Positions 11,601 through 21,343 of a stretch of 64,000 nucleotides of DNA are shown here, piece by piece (position 1 is the first letter of the stretch; each line of letters opens with the position of its first letter). Origin of the DNA: Schizochytrium sp. TIO01 (lineage: Eukaryota > Protista > Bigyra: Labyrinthulomycetes); contig SMSO01000025.1 of the NCBI GenBank assembly GCA_004764695.1, forward strand, positions 2,542,001 to 2,606,000, read 5' to 3'. The notes under the pieces are model-generated. The model saw only the letters and a program-made list of their open reading frames with translations, was not told the origin of the DNA and ran no database searches. The position numbers and the translations under genes were made by a program.

Positions 11601-14600
11601 TAGATCCTTATCACAAACGAGACGGTCTGAAAAGACACGCATAGCTTCGTGTAGAAACAAGCGCACAAATGACAAGGAAGTGGTATAAGCATCATTTGTG
11701 GATCGACAAAGACCTTGAACAACCGCAGATAGGTTTCGCATGTTAAAGTTGTAGTGGAACTTTGTTGCAGTCGGCTGAAATTTCGCACACATAATTTCAT
11801 GAAGGTCAAGTAATGCATCAATACATTTGGTAGCCTGAGATTGTACTGGAAGTACAAAATTGTCAAGGTGTGAGGTAAGAATCGTGCCGTAAATCCGCTG
11901 CAAATCAGCATTCGAAGGCATCTCTGATGCAAGCACAGCCATGTGTCGTTGTAAACGTGGGTTAATAACAAATGAGCCTGACTTGTGATTCATCGCCGTC
12001 ACGAGCTGGGTATCCCTCAATTCCTTTTTCACACTCAAATCACTCCGATCAAACCATTGTCCATAGTCAAGATATTGCCGAAGCAGTGCGATTGGTGTCT
12101 GGGTTCCAAATTCTTCAACTAAGGGCATGTTGAGATCATCGACAAAATAAACTAAGCCTTTCTCGCCTGCTGGGCCATAGATTTTGCCTGAGCGTTTATC
12201 GATATGTTGTTCAAGCTGCAGTTGTAAGCTAGCTGCATCTGTATAGTAGTTCATATTAATCGTTGCGCTAGACAACCCTCCGCTTACGCTGCGCAAAAAC
12301 TCCCGCACGATAGTTGTCTTGCCTGATCCTGCGGAACCAACAAGGCATATTGGGTGATGGTGGCTTACAAAGCGCTGCAACATGTAGGTTCCCTGGACAG
12401 AATCGACTGTAGGGATCACGATATCGCGAAAATCAATGTCAGCAAGTGGTGTATTCCCGTCCAAAAGGCTAGACCATGGTAGGAGCATCTGAGCTTTAGT
12501 ACAAAAGTAAAAGTCAAAGATGTTAATCTGCTGCTCTGGAGTTGAAGCAGCAACGATGCCAAATTGACGTGACGCTTCGCTTACACTTCCCGCATGCATA
12601 TCATTAATGCCTTCTTCAACATTAAGTTGTGTACCGAGAGTGATAAACCAGGTAATTCCTTGATCAGAAAAATGTCCTACCCAAGCTTGCGAAAACTTTT
12701 TACGATCTAAAATCGAGCTAGCAGTGCCCCAAACGACTGCAAATGCAAAAAGTTGCTCTAGAGCAGATTTGCTTAAACCATCTGGGTTTACAATCTCACT
12801 CAAAAGAGCATGGAGAATTCGGCACGTGGATTGTACAAGATCAACTTTACCACGTGGTACAATATGATCAAGACCTGGTGTTTCGTCAATTAAAGCCAAT
12901 GTTGGTTGTAAGTACGTGTTGAAGAGTAACTGCAGGTGAGCCACAACCCGGCTGCTTTGTTTGCAAACTTGCAACCAAGAATCCACCAAGGGGGCCCACC
13001 CTATGTCTTCTTGGTTAATGTAAAGTATACCAGCCCGAGAAACAGTTGCAGGTGTGGCATTGGTGAGCGAGCTGACTTCGAACAACATACGCATTTTATG
13101 CGTTAGTTGAATTCGCTCGTTACTTACAAGCGTCAGGACTTTATTGTCGTCCATTACAGTATTCATTGACTCGATCCAGATTGCATCAATATCACCATCT
13201 AGAACAACCCAATGGTGTCTTTGATATGGATGATACGGAGTGAGCTGTTTACTCATATTACGCATAATAATACTCAGCGCACCATCCCGCCAGTCGCGTT
13301 GAAGAGTCATATAGCCGTATAGTTCGTTACTTGTCAGAGCTTTGGGGTTAAGTACTTCTGTGACGCACGTCGGTTTTACTTCTCCATTGTTATGTGCATC
13401 TGCAAGAGTTTGCCAGATGGATGTCTTTCCACACCCAGGAGGCCCAAGTAACATGACTGAATGTCTCACCTCAAGAAGTTCTTGCAAGTTGACTACCTTA
13501 TTGAGAAAATCCTCCTCAGGTTGAAGTACCCCTTGCCGCGCCGCTCCGACTGATGGTGGCAGAGGAACTTCTGTATCGTCTTCCTCTTCAAGATCTCCAG
13601 AAAATTCCTCACTTGGTTTGAACGTATGAGCAGTGGCATGGGACCTAGGGCTGTTCATGGACGAGGAAATAAGGTGTGCACGTCGATTACAAGCAGCCTT
13701 GGCACGGTCTTTAAGACTTTCGTCAAATCTGGGCGCAATATCGATGTTCGGAAATAAATCTTCGACTAGCTTCAGAAAGATAGGCAGATCAAACGCAGGC
13801 AATTTAGGAACGTTGAAATCTCTCAAGGCTCTCATGAGAATCGCTGTTTCATCCACATCAAGCTCTGCACGGCGCAATATACCTGCGACACGTAGTACAG
13901 ACTTGACATTGCGCAAGCCCCAATCATAGTGTGGCTGCTGAGATAGGAGCTCTGAACTCAACTTGTACAAGGTTACGAACTTGATTGAGAGCGGAGCAGC
14001 ATTGACAAATCCCTCAGCCATAAGCATATTTTGACAAATAGGCTGGAGGTCAGGTCGGATCATGGCGCATGAACGAAAATGAGCCTTCAAGTTTTCGGGT
14101 AATTCTGAGCGCCCTGCATATCCGGGATTCATTGTGATAAAGAAACCTGTCGTAGGTATGAGTCGAATTTCCTTGCCCATGAAATCAAGATTGCCTACAA
14201 TAACTGGCGGCTTTCCTGCTGGAACTCCAGTGGCATAAGCCGCAGGGCGATTCACAGGATCCGAAAATATGCGAATAGCATCTAGAATAGTCTTCACCTG
14301 AGTTGCTACCACAGAAAGAACCTCGATTGGGATGCGATTAAATTCGTCGAAACATCCCCACGCACCAGTTTGAGCAAGACCTTTGAAAATGTCTCCAATA
14401 GTCTGATAATTCATCTGATCCGAGCAATTGAACACATAACAAGGTACACCTAGGCATTTAGCTAAATCTTTAGTTGTTTCTGTTTTGCCTGTTCCAGCTG
14501 GGCCAGCTGGTGCTCCTCCCAAATTCAAGCGCAGTGCCATAGTTAAAGTAATGTAACATCGATCTGTGAGGGGCGTGATCACTAAACGTTCCACATTACC

Positions 14601-17600
14601 AATGTACTCGTTCGAATATTGTGTATTAAAATCAGTGATGCTGATGCTACAAGTCTCGTCTTCATCTTTCCAGTAGTAGCGGAGCTGAGAGCGCCATGCA
14701 AAGTCATCGATTGATTCGATTTTTCTTTTGATAAGGTTCTCCACGACTTCTTTCCCATGTACATCAAGCGTTAGCAGCGCAATTACCTTTGCTCGTTCTT
14801 CCGTACTAAGCGGAGTCTGTACGAGCTCAATGAGGTCGCGCAATCGGTCATTACATACCTTTAAGTATTTTTCTAATGCATTTTCTTGTCCGTTCTCGAG
14901 CTCCTCAATAGCATTTCTACATTCATCAGTCCAGACGATCTGCGAGGCAAGCTGGACAACTTGCGCGGGAAATTCTAAGACCCACTTATGTCGAGGCTGT
15001 TCTCTGCTCCAGCTTGCAGTTCGACTTAAAGCTCGCGAAGTCTCGCCCTGGAGAGTTTGTTGCATGGTTTTTGATAGATCATCTAACCAACGCTCCACTG
15101 GTCCAGTCAACTCTAAAGGCGATACAAATTCAACGCGTTCGCCATCACCTGCAACCATTGCCGTGGCGGTGTCCCAGACTTGTCGGACACTAGAAACGCG
15201 GCGTTTACTCTTGGAGCGCTTTTGATCAGCCGCTAGAGGCTGGACCGGGGCCTTACTAGGAGCTTCAGCTTGAATTTCCTGAGCAATAAAATCGAGAGTG
15301 CTGATTCCATGAAAGCAAGATCCGAGATGCGGGGTGATTTTTCTGGGTTCATTGCCGTTTGAAAGGATATCCAAAAGGGCTAGGTTGGAGACGAAGTAGA
15401 ATCGCGGGAATATGTTCTTCTTCTGATCTAAGTACTCGTTCAACGCTTTCTGACATTTCTCCAAGATATGCCACATTCCATCTAGCGCCGTATAGCGGCC
15501 AGGGTGACAGCATGCCATTTTTGCATTTGGCGACTCACTGGCTTCAATCATCAGGGTGCGAAAGTTCGTATCAAGATCCTCGAATCGCCGTGTGTCTTCA
15601 GGGAGCTCAGAACGAATATCAGAGCCCGAAAGGAAAATTGTTTCAAGAGAAGCCCAAGCCCGCTGCACGCGAAGCCAAAGAACAAGAGTGGATTCAATAA
15701 TGCCTAAAGTTTTTTGCCACATCGCCACCCGCTCACGGAAGTACTCCATGAACTTGCCAAGACCTGCAAGAGTTTGCAATTGAAGTTGATGTTCTTCGAG
15801 GATATCAACTGTAAACTCGGCAGCAGTAATTACCTTAAAATCAGGTTGAGATGATTTGTGCGGCTGAAAGCAAAGATCGTGTTTCGCCCATGCATCCTCA
15901 ATGCTCTTGAGCTTCTGGTCAATCTTGAGTTCTTTATTGGCCACTTCTACAACCTCAGATACAGCATCAACATATCGGTGAAGCTGCAGGTCAAGGGCAT
16001 TCGCAAAGCAAAACTGCGAAGTTTTCTCAACCTGGCTCCCAGTGATAGCCATAACTTGTTTCCAGTGCCGGTCTCGCATTGCTGGGGAATGCAACTCATG
16101 AACTAGAGGAATAACAGTTGACATGTTTGATACGCGGTTGTGCAAGTTCGTATAGACTCCCCAGTTGTACACTTGGGCAGGTAAGGAGTTCTCCACAAGG
16201 TTTGTGAGACGTCGAACTTCACTTTCAAAAAGGTCCGTATCGATACTGTCCCACATTGTGGGCTTCCAGGAAGTAAAGACCTCATCGACGATTTGATTTG
16301 TATCCCACACGCGTCGCAACATATCTAAATCCGTAAATATCTCGTCGAGCTCAATGGCCTTACTGATGTCTAGCTCAAAGAGTTCTTCGAGTGCACGCAG
16401 CTCCTTGAATTCCTCACGCAACTTATTTGCTTCTGTTGTGTAATGGCCAAGCATTTGGTATGCAGATTTAGCAGACAACATGAGATTTCCATCATTGCCG
16501 AAGGGGTCTTTCTCTAGAAACTCCTTTCGGAAGCTTTTAAGACGGCGGTCTAGTTCAGCAGACTTCGCTTTGACTTTAGTTGCCATCAAGGTTTGCCGCG
16601 GTTGTATCCGCTCCCTGGCCTTGAACGCACTATTGACTGTTGAATCCCAAAGCTCGGGTGCATGCTCAAGAAAGTCCAAAATTGGTCTTCCTCCTATCTC
16701 ATCTGCTTCAAAGGAAATTCCGTACTTGCGCAAAAGTCCAAGTGTCTCCCCCAAGGGCTGAAATAAACGTTCAACTGAACTCATGCGGGCGCGAACATTT
16801 GCAATGTGGCGCATTACGGCCATAAGGGCTTCGTCGTCGAACTCTGGTTTACCCATATCAAATGAGAGTCCCCTCTCTACATCGCTTACAAAGTCTTGGA
16901 GTTGCTGGAGTCTGGAAATGACCCAATCATGAAGATATTGTGTATAAAGGTATATCCACTTGGTCACCCAAGTTGACAAAGCTTGTTTGATTGGCTGGGT
17001 GTTTACCCTTAAAAAGCCGATGTTTTTACTTGGAACAAGGTCAGAGATTTCTACTCGAAGAGCTTGAAAATAATTGATGCGCTCGTCAAACTTTTCCAGA
17101 ATAGGTCGATCTCCCTCTGCAGGACCTACACCAGGAATATCGGATGGTTTGCGAGCTGCACGTGGGGTTTCAAGATCATCATCCTCGTCTTCTTCCACGC
17201 TATTACTATACTCTTCTAGTTGAGACTCTTCACTATTACCCTCGTTGGAATCAGTACCTCTACTGCTTGAACTCTCTTCCGTAAGTACGCTATCGCCCTG
17301 GGGAGGAGTCTTAGCCTTTCTGGATTTCTTTGGAATGTGGAACGCAGCTGACAGGAAGGTAGCAAACATTTGATTGAGATCGGTAGTCCAAAGATATTGA
17401 TACTCCTCATACTCATGTTGTAACTCCTCGGCAAGCTTAATGGTGTCATCCAGACTACAATGGATAGATGCAATGAGGCGCATCACAGGAGGGTCTCGAG
17501 TTATTTCTTTAGTGTACGTACCTGTTGGCGAGTCAAGGCGCTTAAACAGAGTACCAATAGTAAAGATAGAGTCTATCCATTTTTCTACTTCATCACGAAT

Positions 17601-20600
17601 ACCATCCACTTTGGAGGTCATATCGAGTGACGGAGAGAAGAGCACCAGACGGCTACTTAAGATAAGATCAACTTCGATAAGTGGAAGTTTAGCTTCGTTT
17701 TGAATAACTTCCAAATCTAGCTCGCGGCTCAAATATGTGAGACTCACACAAGCAGTTTGACAAAGACCACCAATGACGATTGTGTTCACAAAGTCCACAT
17801 AGGTTTTCCAGTCAGGAAGACCTGCACTTACTTTTAGCTTTTTTACTACCTCTTTCAAGAGCTTATGAATCTCTCGTCCACCATCTGTAATTAATTGGTA
17901 TTTATTCATGAGATCTCTTTTGGCATTTAAGTTAAATTCCTCCACGGAAACTGCCTTCGCTACGCGGTGAAGCATTGACGTTTCTTGCCAGCGTTCCAAA
18001 AGTTCTTCAATATATGTCATGTTTTCTTTCATGGTAGTAAGAATTTCATCTGCCTCTTGTACAGTCCCAGTGGCCTCAGTGATAAATGACTCGATTCCAT
18101 GTGACTTCCAAGTCAATGTTCGCAGTCCTTGACTTAGTACTTTGTCAATTTTGTGAAGGTGTTGCCGCAACAAAGGTTTTTCTACAGGTAATAGAGAAGC
18201 GTGCATTCTATTATATTTTTGCACTATAAGCTCCAGGTTACCTGTATCCCGACGAAATTGCTCCACTTTTTCATAGATCTCGAGTGCATTCGAAGGCACT
18301 TCAAGCTTAAGAAGCTTAAAGTACTTTACTTCCCTGAGTAGGTGAACTAAAGCTGGATCAAAGTTCACAATGAGCTGATGCGAATCATCATTTCGCCTTA
18401 GCAGTGGAAGCTTCAGCTTGCTGATGGATGATAATTCAATACTAGCCTCCCACGCCTTGATGTGAGCATGTTCATATTCGGCTAAATTTGCAATCAACGA
18501 TGTGTATGCCTTTATTGTGTCTCGGGTGCTTTCGCGGTCAAGAATAGCAGTGTTAAGCTCCCTTAGCTTGCTCATGGGCATGCTTACACGGTCCAAGAGT
18601 CCTCGGCACCAGGCAAGAGCTCCTGCGGTTGGTGGCATATTCCACCCAGTTGGGGGATCTTCGCGAAGTTCCTGGAATTCTTGCTGTACAACCTCTAAAT
18701 CCTTACCAAATGTTTCAAGGAGAACGACGTGCTTGTTTTCAAGCTCGTCTTGAATGACTGGGCGCTCGAGAAAGTGCTCAAAGGAGTCCAGCAACTTGAA
18801 CCTACCAGTTATTGTCGCGCAATCTTCGAATCCTTGTGCAAGTACTGAAGCAATGCGACGCTCCAGTTCCTTGATTTTCACTCGAAACTCATAAAAGTCG
18901 TCATCAAAGGCTTTCGCGTCAACATCAATAACATCATATGAGACTTCTTTGATCATCAGAACACTGTTTTCGAAATCTGAATGCACTTGGTGAACAGATG
19001 TTGTTAACGTTTTCCCTTTTGTACCTCCAATTTCAATCTTGTTCAGTTTGCTGAAGTGCCAAATGGTTTGTGTTAGGTCAAGCAAATCATGACAGCGCTC
19101 AAGGAAAGCATCAAGGCGTGTGAAAAGTGCTGCGTTCTGAACGCGCCATGGGTTTGTAATACACTCCGCATTTGCACGAGCTTTGTAATCAAAATATGTG
19201 GACTTGAAGGTTCCAATCACACGCAGAATATTCTTCAGCATGAGGTTAGCTTTTGTATGGTCATCACTTTCGATCATTCGGAAGAGCATGGGTCCATTCA
19301 AATATTCCATACATTTAGTAATCACTCCATTGGCAAGTTCACGCATGAGAACTACAAGGCGAGGAATTGTATTGTAAAACTCTGAGTTCTTCCAAATGAG
19401 CATGATAGTATGAAGAATAGGTCTGAACAATTGCGGAAGGTCCTCAAAGCTTGACGGCTTAGCAAGCCGCAAAAGCCACGAATGTAAAGGGCGCAAAAAG
19501 TTAACATTACTATTTGCTTCGTCTCGGGCATCGAATGCCTCCTTGCACAGTTTTGCAAATGGTTCATTATATGTTGATTTGGAGGAATCCAGATAACGAA
19601 GAACTTTCCGAACACGAGGGGTTTGTAGTTGCTCAAAAATGGAATTAAGGTTTGCAGCTTTATATTTCCAGAATGAGATTTCTTCAAGTGGACCTGGGTT
19701 CTTATTCTGCTTCAGCTTGGACTCCGGGTCAAGTCTGAGTACGTTCTTAATTTGTTTTGTCCAAGTAATCAGACAACCTTCAAACACATGAATGCGCTCC
19801 TTTTGACGGATAGTGGTGTAGTCTTCAGAGAAATTATTACCACTAGCAGCAAGTCCAAGCCCTGGCAAGGCAGGTGCACTTGCTGTTAATTTTGGTCCGT
19901 TGCCCGCGCTAGTGAATAAACTCAGAGCAGCTTTAGCCTTGGCGTTGACCTGTAAGCTGGAAATTCCATCCGTTTCTTCGCGGCCTCGGCGCCCCTCTGT
20001 ATCCTCTGCTGCTGGGGATTTCTCCTCCTCAGGTAGCAATGCAAGATTAGGCAATGGAAGGAAGGTCTCGCCGCGCATCAGTCCAGATGTAATCTGTACA
20101 ATTGAGACAAAACTGTGAATGTTATCCATCATATCTTTGCGCATAGTTGCTGACCACGATGATTGGTTCGCGGAGTTACTAAGTAGGGGCATATAGATAT
20201 CCTGGGTCACAAGTTCGAGTTGATGCACTGGGTCTACGTTGCAGTCTCCCACGATAATCTCATTTGCAAAGTGTTCCAAGGAGACCGGTCTGTCAATGAG
20301 TTTGGTAAAGTAAAGCATGCGCTCCCCGCGCCGCTCTGAGGGTGCATCAGACACAATTTTCAATGAGGAGCCCTGCTCCATGATGAATAGTGTCTGTACC
20401 CCATCAGAATTAAGTAGAGCTTTAAACTTTCGCAGCGTGGTTTCATCTTGCGCAAATTCATCAAGAGTATGAGACCTGAAGAAATCACTAATTAGACCCA
20501 ACACCCATGTGATCCGCACGTCCTGTTGCTCTTTATGAGAAACTCCCCCTTCGCCCTGAGCCCCATTTTGTTGTAGCTGTCGGAAGTCTGCCACGCTCTT

Positions 20601-20645
20601 GTTTCGCTTTTTAGGTGAGCTTTTAAGCTTGAAAGACTGCTCCAT
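5673..20645 (-). CDS. Axonemal outer-arm dynein heavy chain, beta type (Chlamydomonas ODA4 / human DNAH9-11-17 class), intronless, 4990 aa
   Basis: Full DHC architecture: N-terminal tail (GPLEEISFWK..NLNSIFEQL), linker (FPRFYFVSN), P-loops GPAGTGKT, GPPGCGKT, GSAGSGKT and GVGGSGKQ, a coiled-coil stalk with MTBD, AAA5/6 and the C-terminal domain. The CYVFNCSDQM motif and the tail type resemble beta-class chains. Confidence 0.93.
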   Translation of the reverse strand: MEQSFKLKSSPKKRNKSVADFRQLQQNGAQGEGGVSHKEQQDVRITWVLGLISDFFRSHTLDEFAQDETTLRKFKALLNSDGVQTLFIMEQGSSLKIVSDAPSERRGERMLYFTKLIDRPVSLEHFANEIIVGDCNVDPVHQLELVTQDIYMPLLSNSANQSSWSATMRKDMMDNIHSFVSIVQITSGLMRGETFLPLPNLALLPEEEKSPAAEDTEGRRGREETDGISSLQVNAKAKAALSLFTSAGNGPKLTASAPALPGLGLAASGNNFSEDYTTIRQKERIHVFEGCLITWTKQIKNVLRLDPESKLKQNKNPGPLEEISFWKYKAANLNSIFEQLQTPRVRKVLRYLDSSKSTYNEPFAKLCKEAFDARDEANSNVNFLRPLHSWLLRLAKPSSFEDLPQLFRPILHTIMLIWKNSEFYNTIPRLVVLMRELANGVITKCMEYLNGPMLFRMIESDDHTKANLMLKNILRVIGTFKSTYFDYKARANAECITNPWRVQNAALFTRLDAFLERCHDLLDLTQTIWHFSKLNKIEIGGTKGKTLTTSVHQVHSDFENSVLMIKEVSYDVIDVDAKAFDDDFYEFRVKIKELERRIASVLAQGFEDCATITGRFKLLDSFEHFLERPVIQDELENKHVVLLETFGKDLEVVQQEFQELREDPPTGWNMPPTAGALAWCRGLLDRVSMPMSKLRELNTAILDRESTRDTIKAYTSLIANLAEYEHAHIKAWEASIELSSISKLKLPLLRRNDDSHQLIVNFDPALVHLLREVKYFKLLKLEVPSNALEIYEKVEQFRRDTGNLELIVQKYNRMHASLLPVEKPLLRQHLHKIDKVLSQGLRTLTWKSHGIESFITEATGTVQEADEILTTMKENMTYIEELLERWQETSMLHRVAKAVSVEEFNLNAKRDLMNKYQLITDGGREIHKLLKEVVKKLKVSAGLPDWKTYVDFVNTIVIGGLCQTACVSLTYLSRELDLEVIQNEAKLPLIEVDLILSSRLVLFSPSLDMTSKVDGIRDEVEKWIDSIFTIGTLFKRLDSPTGTYTKEITRDPPVMRLIASIHCSLDDTIKLAEELQHEYEEYQYLWTTDLNQMFATFLSAAFHIPKKSRKAKTPPQGDSVLTEESSSSRGTDSNEGNSEESQLEEYSNSVEEDEDDDLETPRAARKPSDIPGVGPAEGDRPILEKFDERINYFQALRVEISDLVPSKNIGFLRVNTQPIKQALSTWVTKWIYLYTQYLHDWVISRLQQLQDFVSDVERGLSFDMGKPEFDDEALMAVMRHIANVRARMSSVERLFQPLGETLGLLRKYGISFEADEIGGRPILDFLEHAPELWDSTVNSAFKARERIQPRQTLMATKVKAKSAELDRRLKSFRKEFLEKDPFGNDGNLMLSAKSAYQMLGHYTTEANKLREEFKELRALEELFELDISKAIELDEIFTDLDMLRRVWDTNQIVDEVFTSWKPTMWDSIDTDLFESEVRRLTNLVENSLPAQVYNWGVYTNLHNRVSNMSTVIPLVHELHSPAMRDRHWKQVMAITGSQVEKTSQFCFANALDLQLHRYVDAVSEVVEVANKELKIDQKLKSIEDAWAKHDLCFQPHKSSQPDFKVITAAEFTVDILEEHQLQLQTLAGLGKFMEYFRERVAMWQKTLGIIESTLVLWLRVQRAWASLETIFLSGSDIRSELPEDTRRFEDLDTNFRTLMIEASESPNAKMACCHPGRYTALDGMWHILEKCQKALNEYLDQKKNIFPRFYFVSNLALLDILSNGNEPRKITPHLGSCFHGISTLDFIAQEIQAEAPSKAPVQPLAADQKRSKSKRRVSSVRQVWDTATAMVAGDGERVEFVSPLELTGPVERWLDDLSKTMQQTLQGETSRALSRTASWSREQPRHKWVLEFPAQVVQLASQIVWTDECRNAIEELENGQENALEKYLKVCNDRLRDLIELVQTPLSTEERAKVIALLTLDVHGKEVVENLIKRKIESIDDFAWRSQLRYYWKDEDETCSISITDFNTQYSNEYIGNVERLVITPLTDRCYITLTMALRLNLGGAPAGPAGTGKTETTKDLAKCLGVPCYVFNCSDQMNYQTIGDIFKGLAQTGAWGCFDEFNRIPIEVLSVVATQVKTILDAIRIFSDPVNRPAAYATGVPAGKPPVIVGNLDFMGKEIRLIPTTGFFITMNPGYAGRSELPENLKAHFRSCAMIRPDLQPICQNMLMAEGFVNAAPLSIKFVTLYKLSSELLSQQPHYDWGLRNVKSVLRVAGILRRAELDVDETAILMRALRDFNVPKLPAFDLPIFLKLVEDLFPNIDIAPRFDESLKDRAKAACNRRAHLISSSMNSPRSHATAHTFKPSEEFSGDLEEEDDTEVPLPPSVGAARQGVLQPEEDFLNKVVNLQELLEVRHSVMLLGPPGCGKTSIWQTLADAHNNGEVKPTCVTEVLNPKALTSNELYGYMTLQRDWRDGALSIIMRNMSKQLTPYHPYQRHHWVVLDGDIDAIWIESMNTVMDDNKVLTLVSNERIQLTHKMRMLFEVSSLTNATPATVSRAGILYINQEDIGWAPLVDSWLQVCKQSSRVVAHLQLLFNTYLQPTLALIDETPGLDHIVPRGKVDLVQSTCRILHALLSEIVNPDGLSKSALEQLFAFAVVWGTASSILDRKKFSQAWVGHFSDQGITWFITLGTQLNVEEGINDMHAGSVSEASRQFGIVAASTPEQQINIFDFYFCTKAQMLLPWSSLLDGNTPLADIDFRDIVIPTVDSVQGTYMLQRFVSHHHPICLVGSAGSGKTTIVREFLRSVSGGLSSATINMNYYTDAASLQLQLEQHIDKRSGKIYGPAGEKGLVYFVDDLNMPLVEEFGTQTPIALLRQYLDYGQWFDRSDLSVKKELRDTQLVTAMNHKSGSFVINPRLQRHMAVLASEMPSNADLQRIYGTILTSHLDNFVLPVQSQATKCIDALLDLHEIMCAKFQPTATKFHYNFNMRNLSAVVQGLCRSTNDAYTTSLSFVRLFLHEAMRVFSDRLVCDKDLSNFRSIIVGVSKKYFEEEQDEMFEEPLIYADFVRPSSQALLTASAVESAAAASSSLGGVDGSILPSGVHDESVDAATLDSSQVSEGANRSTTRRAGPYIGAATMNDVQACLEDHLQSYNQSKAKMDLVLFKLAAEHVCRIARIIGTPGGNALLVGVGGSGKQSLSRLAAFICRYDIVQIPVTSGYGLADFKESLKGLYRRAGLRINSPVVLLLTENQIIDERFLVYINDILSSGLIPDLFASDELDGIFASLRSEAKLAGVPTTSKSHMMDFFISRVKRTLHIILCHSPVGEALRVRARRFPGLINCTSIDWFHPWPRDALVAVAGRFLRGAGFANDDVAENVMHHIAEVHLSVTEMSQRYFDTQKRYNYVTPKSFLEMLSFYRSLLEEKRTSLHQNLTRLGGGLETLRSTAHDVADLQQDLKETLSRVEERKEATDELLAQMAQQRADAEAQQKVASKERIRAETFAKQAKEIEEDAETELAAAQPAMDQAEEAVNCLTKASLTELKSLTKPPAGVDKVTTCVLMMIKNEKRNFSWDNAKRMMNNIDKFKQSLEEYDAKNIPEDLIDRIAPIVSDPEFTFEKLSKKSSAAANMANWVINICEYNKIYKKVKPLMDRLEEARSDSEEAMSDLARVESQLKDAEVRLDELQQNFKLATNEKSKVEAEAAICTDRLKLAERLVNGLASENTRWEKQVQALENRRETLVGDTLLAAAFVSYIGAFDSSMRTSLWRDIWTNDILSREIPLTEGITPLAVLASDSALAQWGMEGLPVDSFSLENGAIIASSNTRWPLIIDPQMQVLSWLRTHFGDGSAPKNGKEEVRSFKASKNGLGVTSPGADARRLSSRFLGAKGKQLSKFMSKRDVMEDLPLLMEIQASSPHLLPTLLSAIERGRTVLIENIPQELDATLEPLLSRSFIFKGRQPFLQIGGHEVEFDSKFRLILTTRMSNPHFKPELLAQCTLINFIVTEAGLEDQLLARVVSFEKAELEKEKQDLQLAFNKYKIQLVELENTLLEKLSNAPPDILSDVPLIESLEATKATADDVAKAVERGHQTEKGINEAREVYRAVAMESSMLYFMLLQLPSVNHMYQYSLDIFIRFFDKALRGATYSHDLNSSVLAEGDEQAGDEETETKSSARSSEPGEGENAEEARVLALVKSVRATIFKMVSRGLFETHKTVFLAQLTFSLLRRGIIKLRHPEDRFDAEALNFLLRAPQRFDLDNEIDWLPDMLWQRVCALAEIPGFEHLPSDMIESAPRFREWYNSVCPETEKLPLDWRELEKKPFMKILVIRALRPDRVMVALQSFVRKTLPNGDQFTDCDSQLNSYQLLEQVFADSRSDTPIYFVLSPGSNVAVDVERLAKRKGLDKNNMYANISLGQGQDTVAIQALENANKKGGWVFLNNLHLMPSWLNELVKKLDNFNRMGQHDNFRLFLSSDPCPHIPVGLLDRSIRLTNEPPSGLKANLTRAWAQFPPEEVDNADAKSRSILFGLCYFHSVLLERKTYLSKGFNLQYPFSNQDLTACAMVLHNYMDAHTSTRVPWDDLRYLFGEIMYGGHIIDDFDRRVCNVYLSYYMRDALFDDMQMFPYVDKHAHRTSANDNGSANNGGDDFGMDGDGMDNGGASGGMHGSMNSFVVSSMQTHERYLDHIHTNLTSKETPLAYGLHPNAEIGFRTDANARIFSLLQSLQPSDHEEEGDGQSAQHIAEAMLQDMLETYRDLHLDIPGARAMLEDEEITPFQNMYLQECSRMQSLLTEMVSSLTELELGFKGDLIMTDAMERLMQALYLDQVPNAWKRVSYPTQRPLGAWLADLQVRITQLQEFCVDPQGEVRCTWISGFFNPNAFLTAILQASARQGQTELDKLVIVTEVTKRELQDVDQASHNGYFITGLYLEGAAWDTNNGTLMPSKPKETIQAMPVINIRAVPKDEDLTRNAQVYQTPVYRTQRRAETYIFTANLSSKLHPPQKWVLLQTVLVMDPHQ

Positions 20646-21343
20646 CGTCGCGGCTAGAACAAGAACCAGGACGATGGCCTCGCCTCAGCGCTCAGCAAGC
20701 TGTCCAACCTTGGACACCAAGGGACAGCACGTCTCTCAGACGATTTACACAAGCTAGACCCGCCTCAATCCCTCCAGCCTTATGACAAGCAGAGGCAGAC
20801 CAATGCCAACTCTGTACAAAGCGTGTGTATAGGTGGTCATGGAGCCCAATTCCGTTGCAGAGATAGACCTTTTTACTTTAAATAAAAAAGGGCCAACGGT
20901 AATATAAAGAGGGGCTGAGGGGACTGAAGGCTACTGACTCATTAATGGTCAGATGAGGAAAAGACAAGCCCGCCTATGTGCAGGTTCTTCATGTAAGCGG
21001 AATATAAGCACAATATTAAGCACAATAGCAAGGCTGGAAACAGTATTGTTTAAGTAGTGGAGGACGAAGGACAATAGCAAAGCAACAAGGGGCTTGCTCC
21101 ACTTGCAGAATTCACTCGCAGGGCGTCGCAAGCTGCGGCACATTGTGGGCTGGGCTGCAAGTGTCAGATACTGCAATATTAGGCTTGAGTGAATTGGTTG
21201 GCCTGCGTTTGTTCACGTAGAAAGCTAAAGAACCTAGGTGAAGAAGCTTCTTTGTGAAGTCCTATTTTTGCGCAAAGTTGCACAAAAGCGTGCCGTACGA
21301 AAGGCGCTAGGAGACAGAACTCCAATTTGGTTTCTAGAGCAAT

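Noticed and set aside
21330-21343. X-box-like GTTTCTAGAGCAAT just before the IFT139 ATG
   Set aside because: Imperfect match, abuts the start codon, and RFX factors are not established for this lineage.
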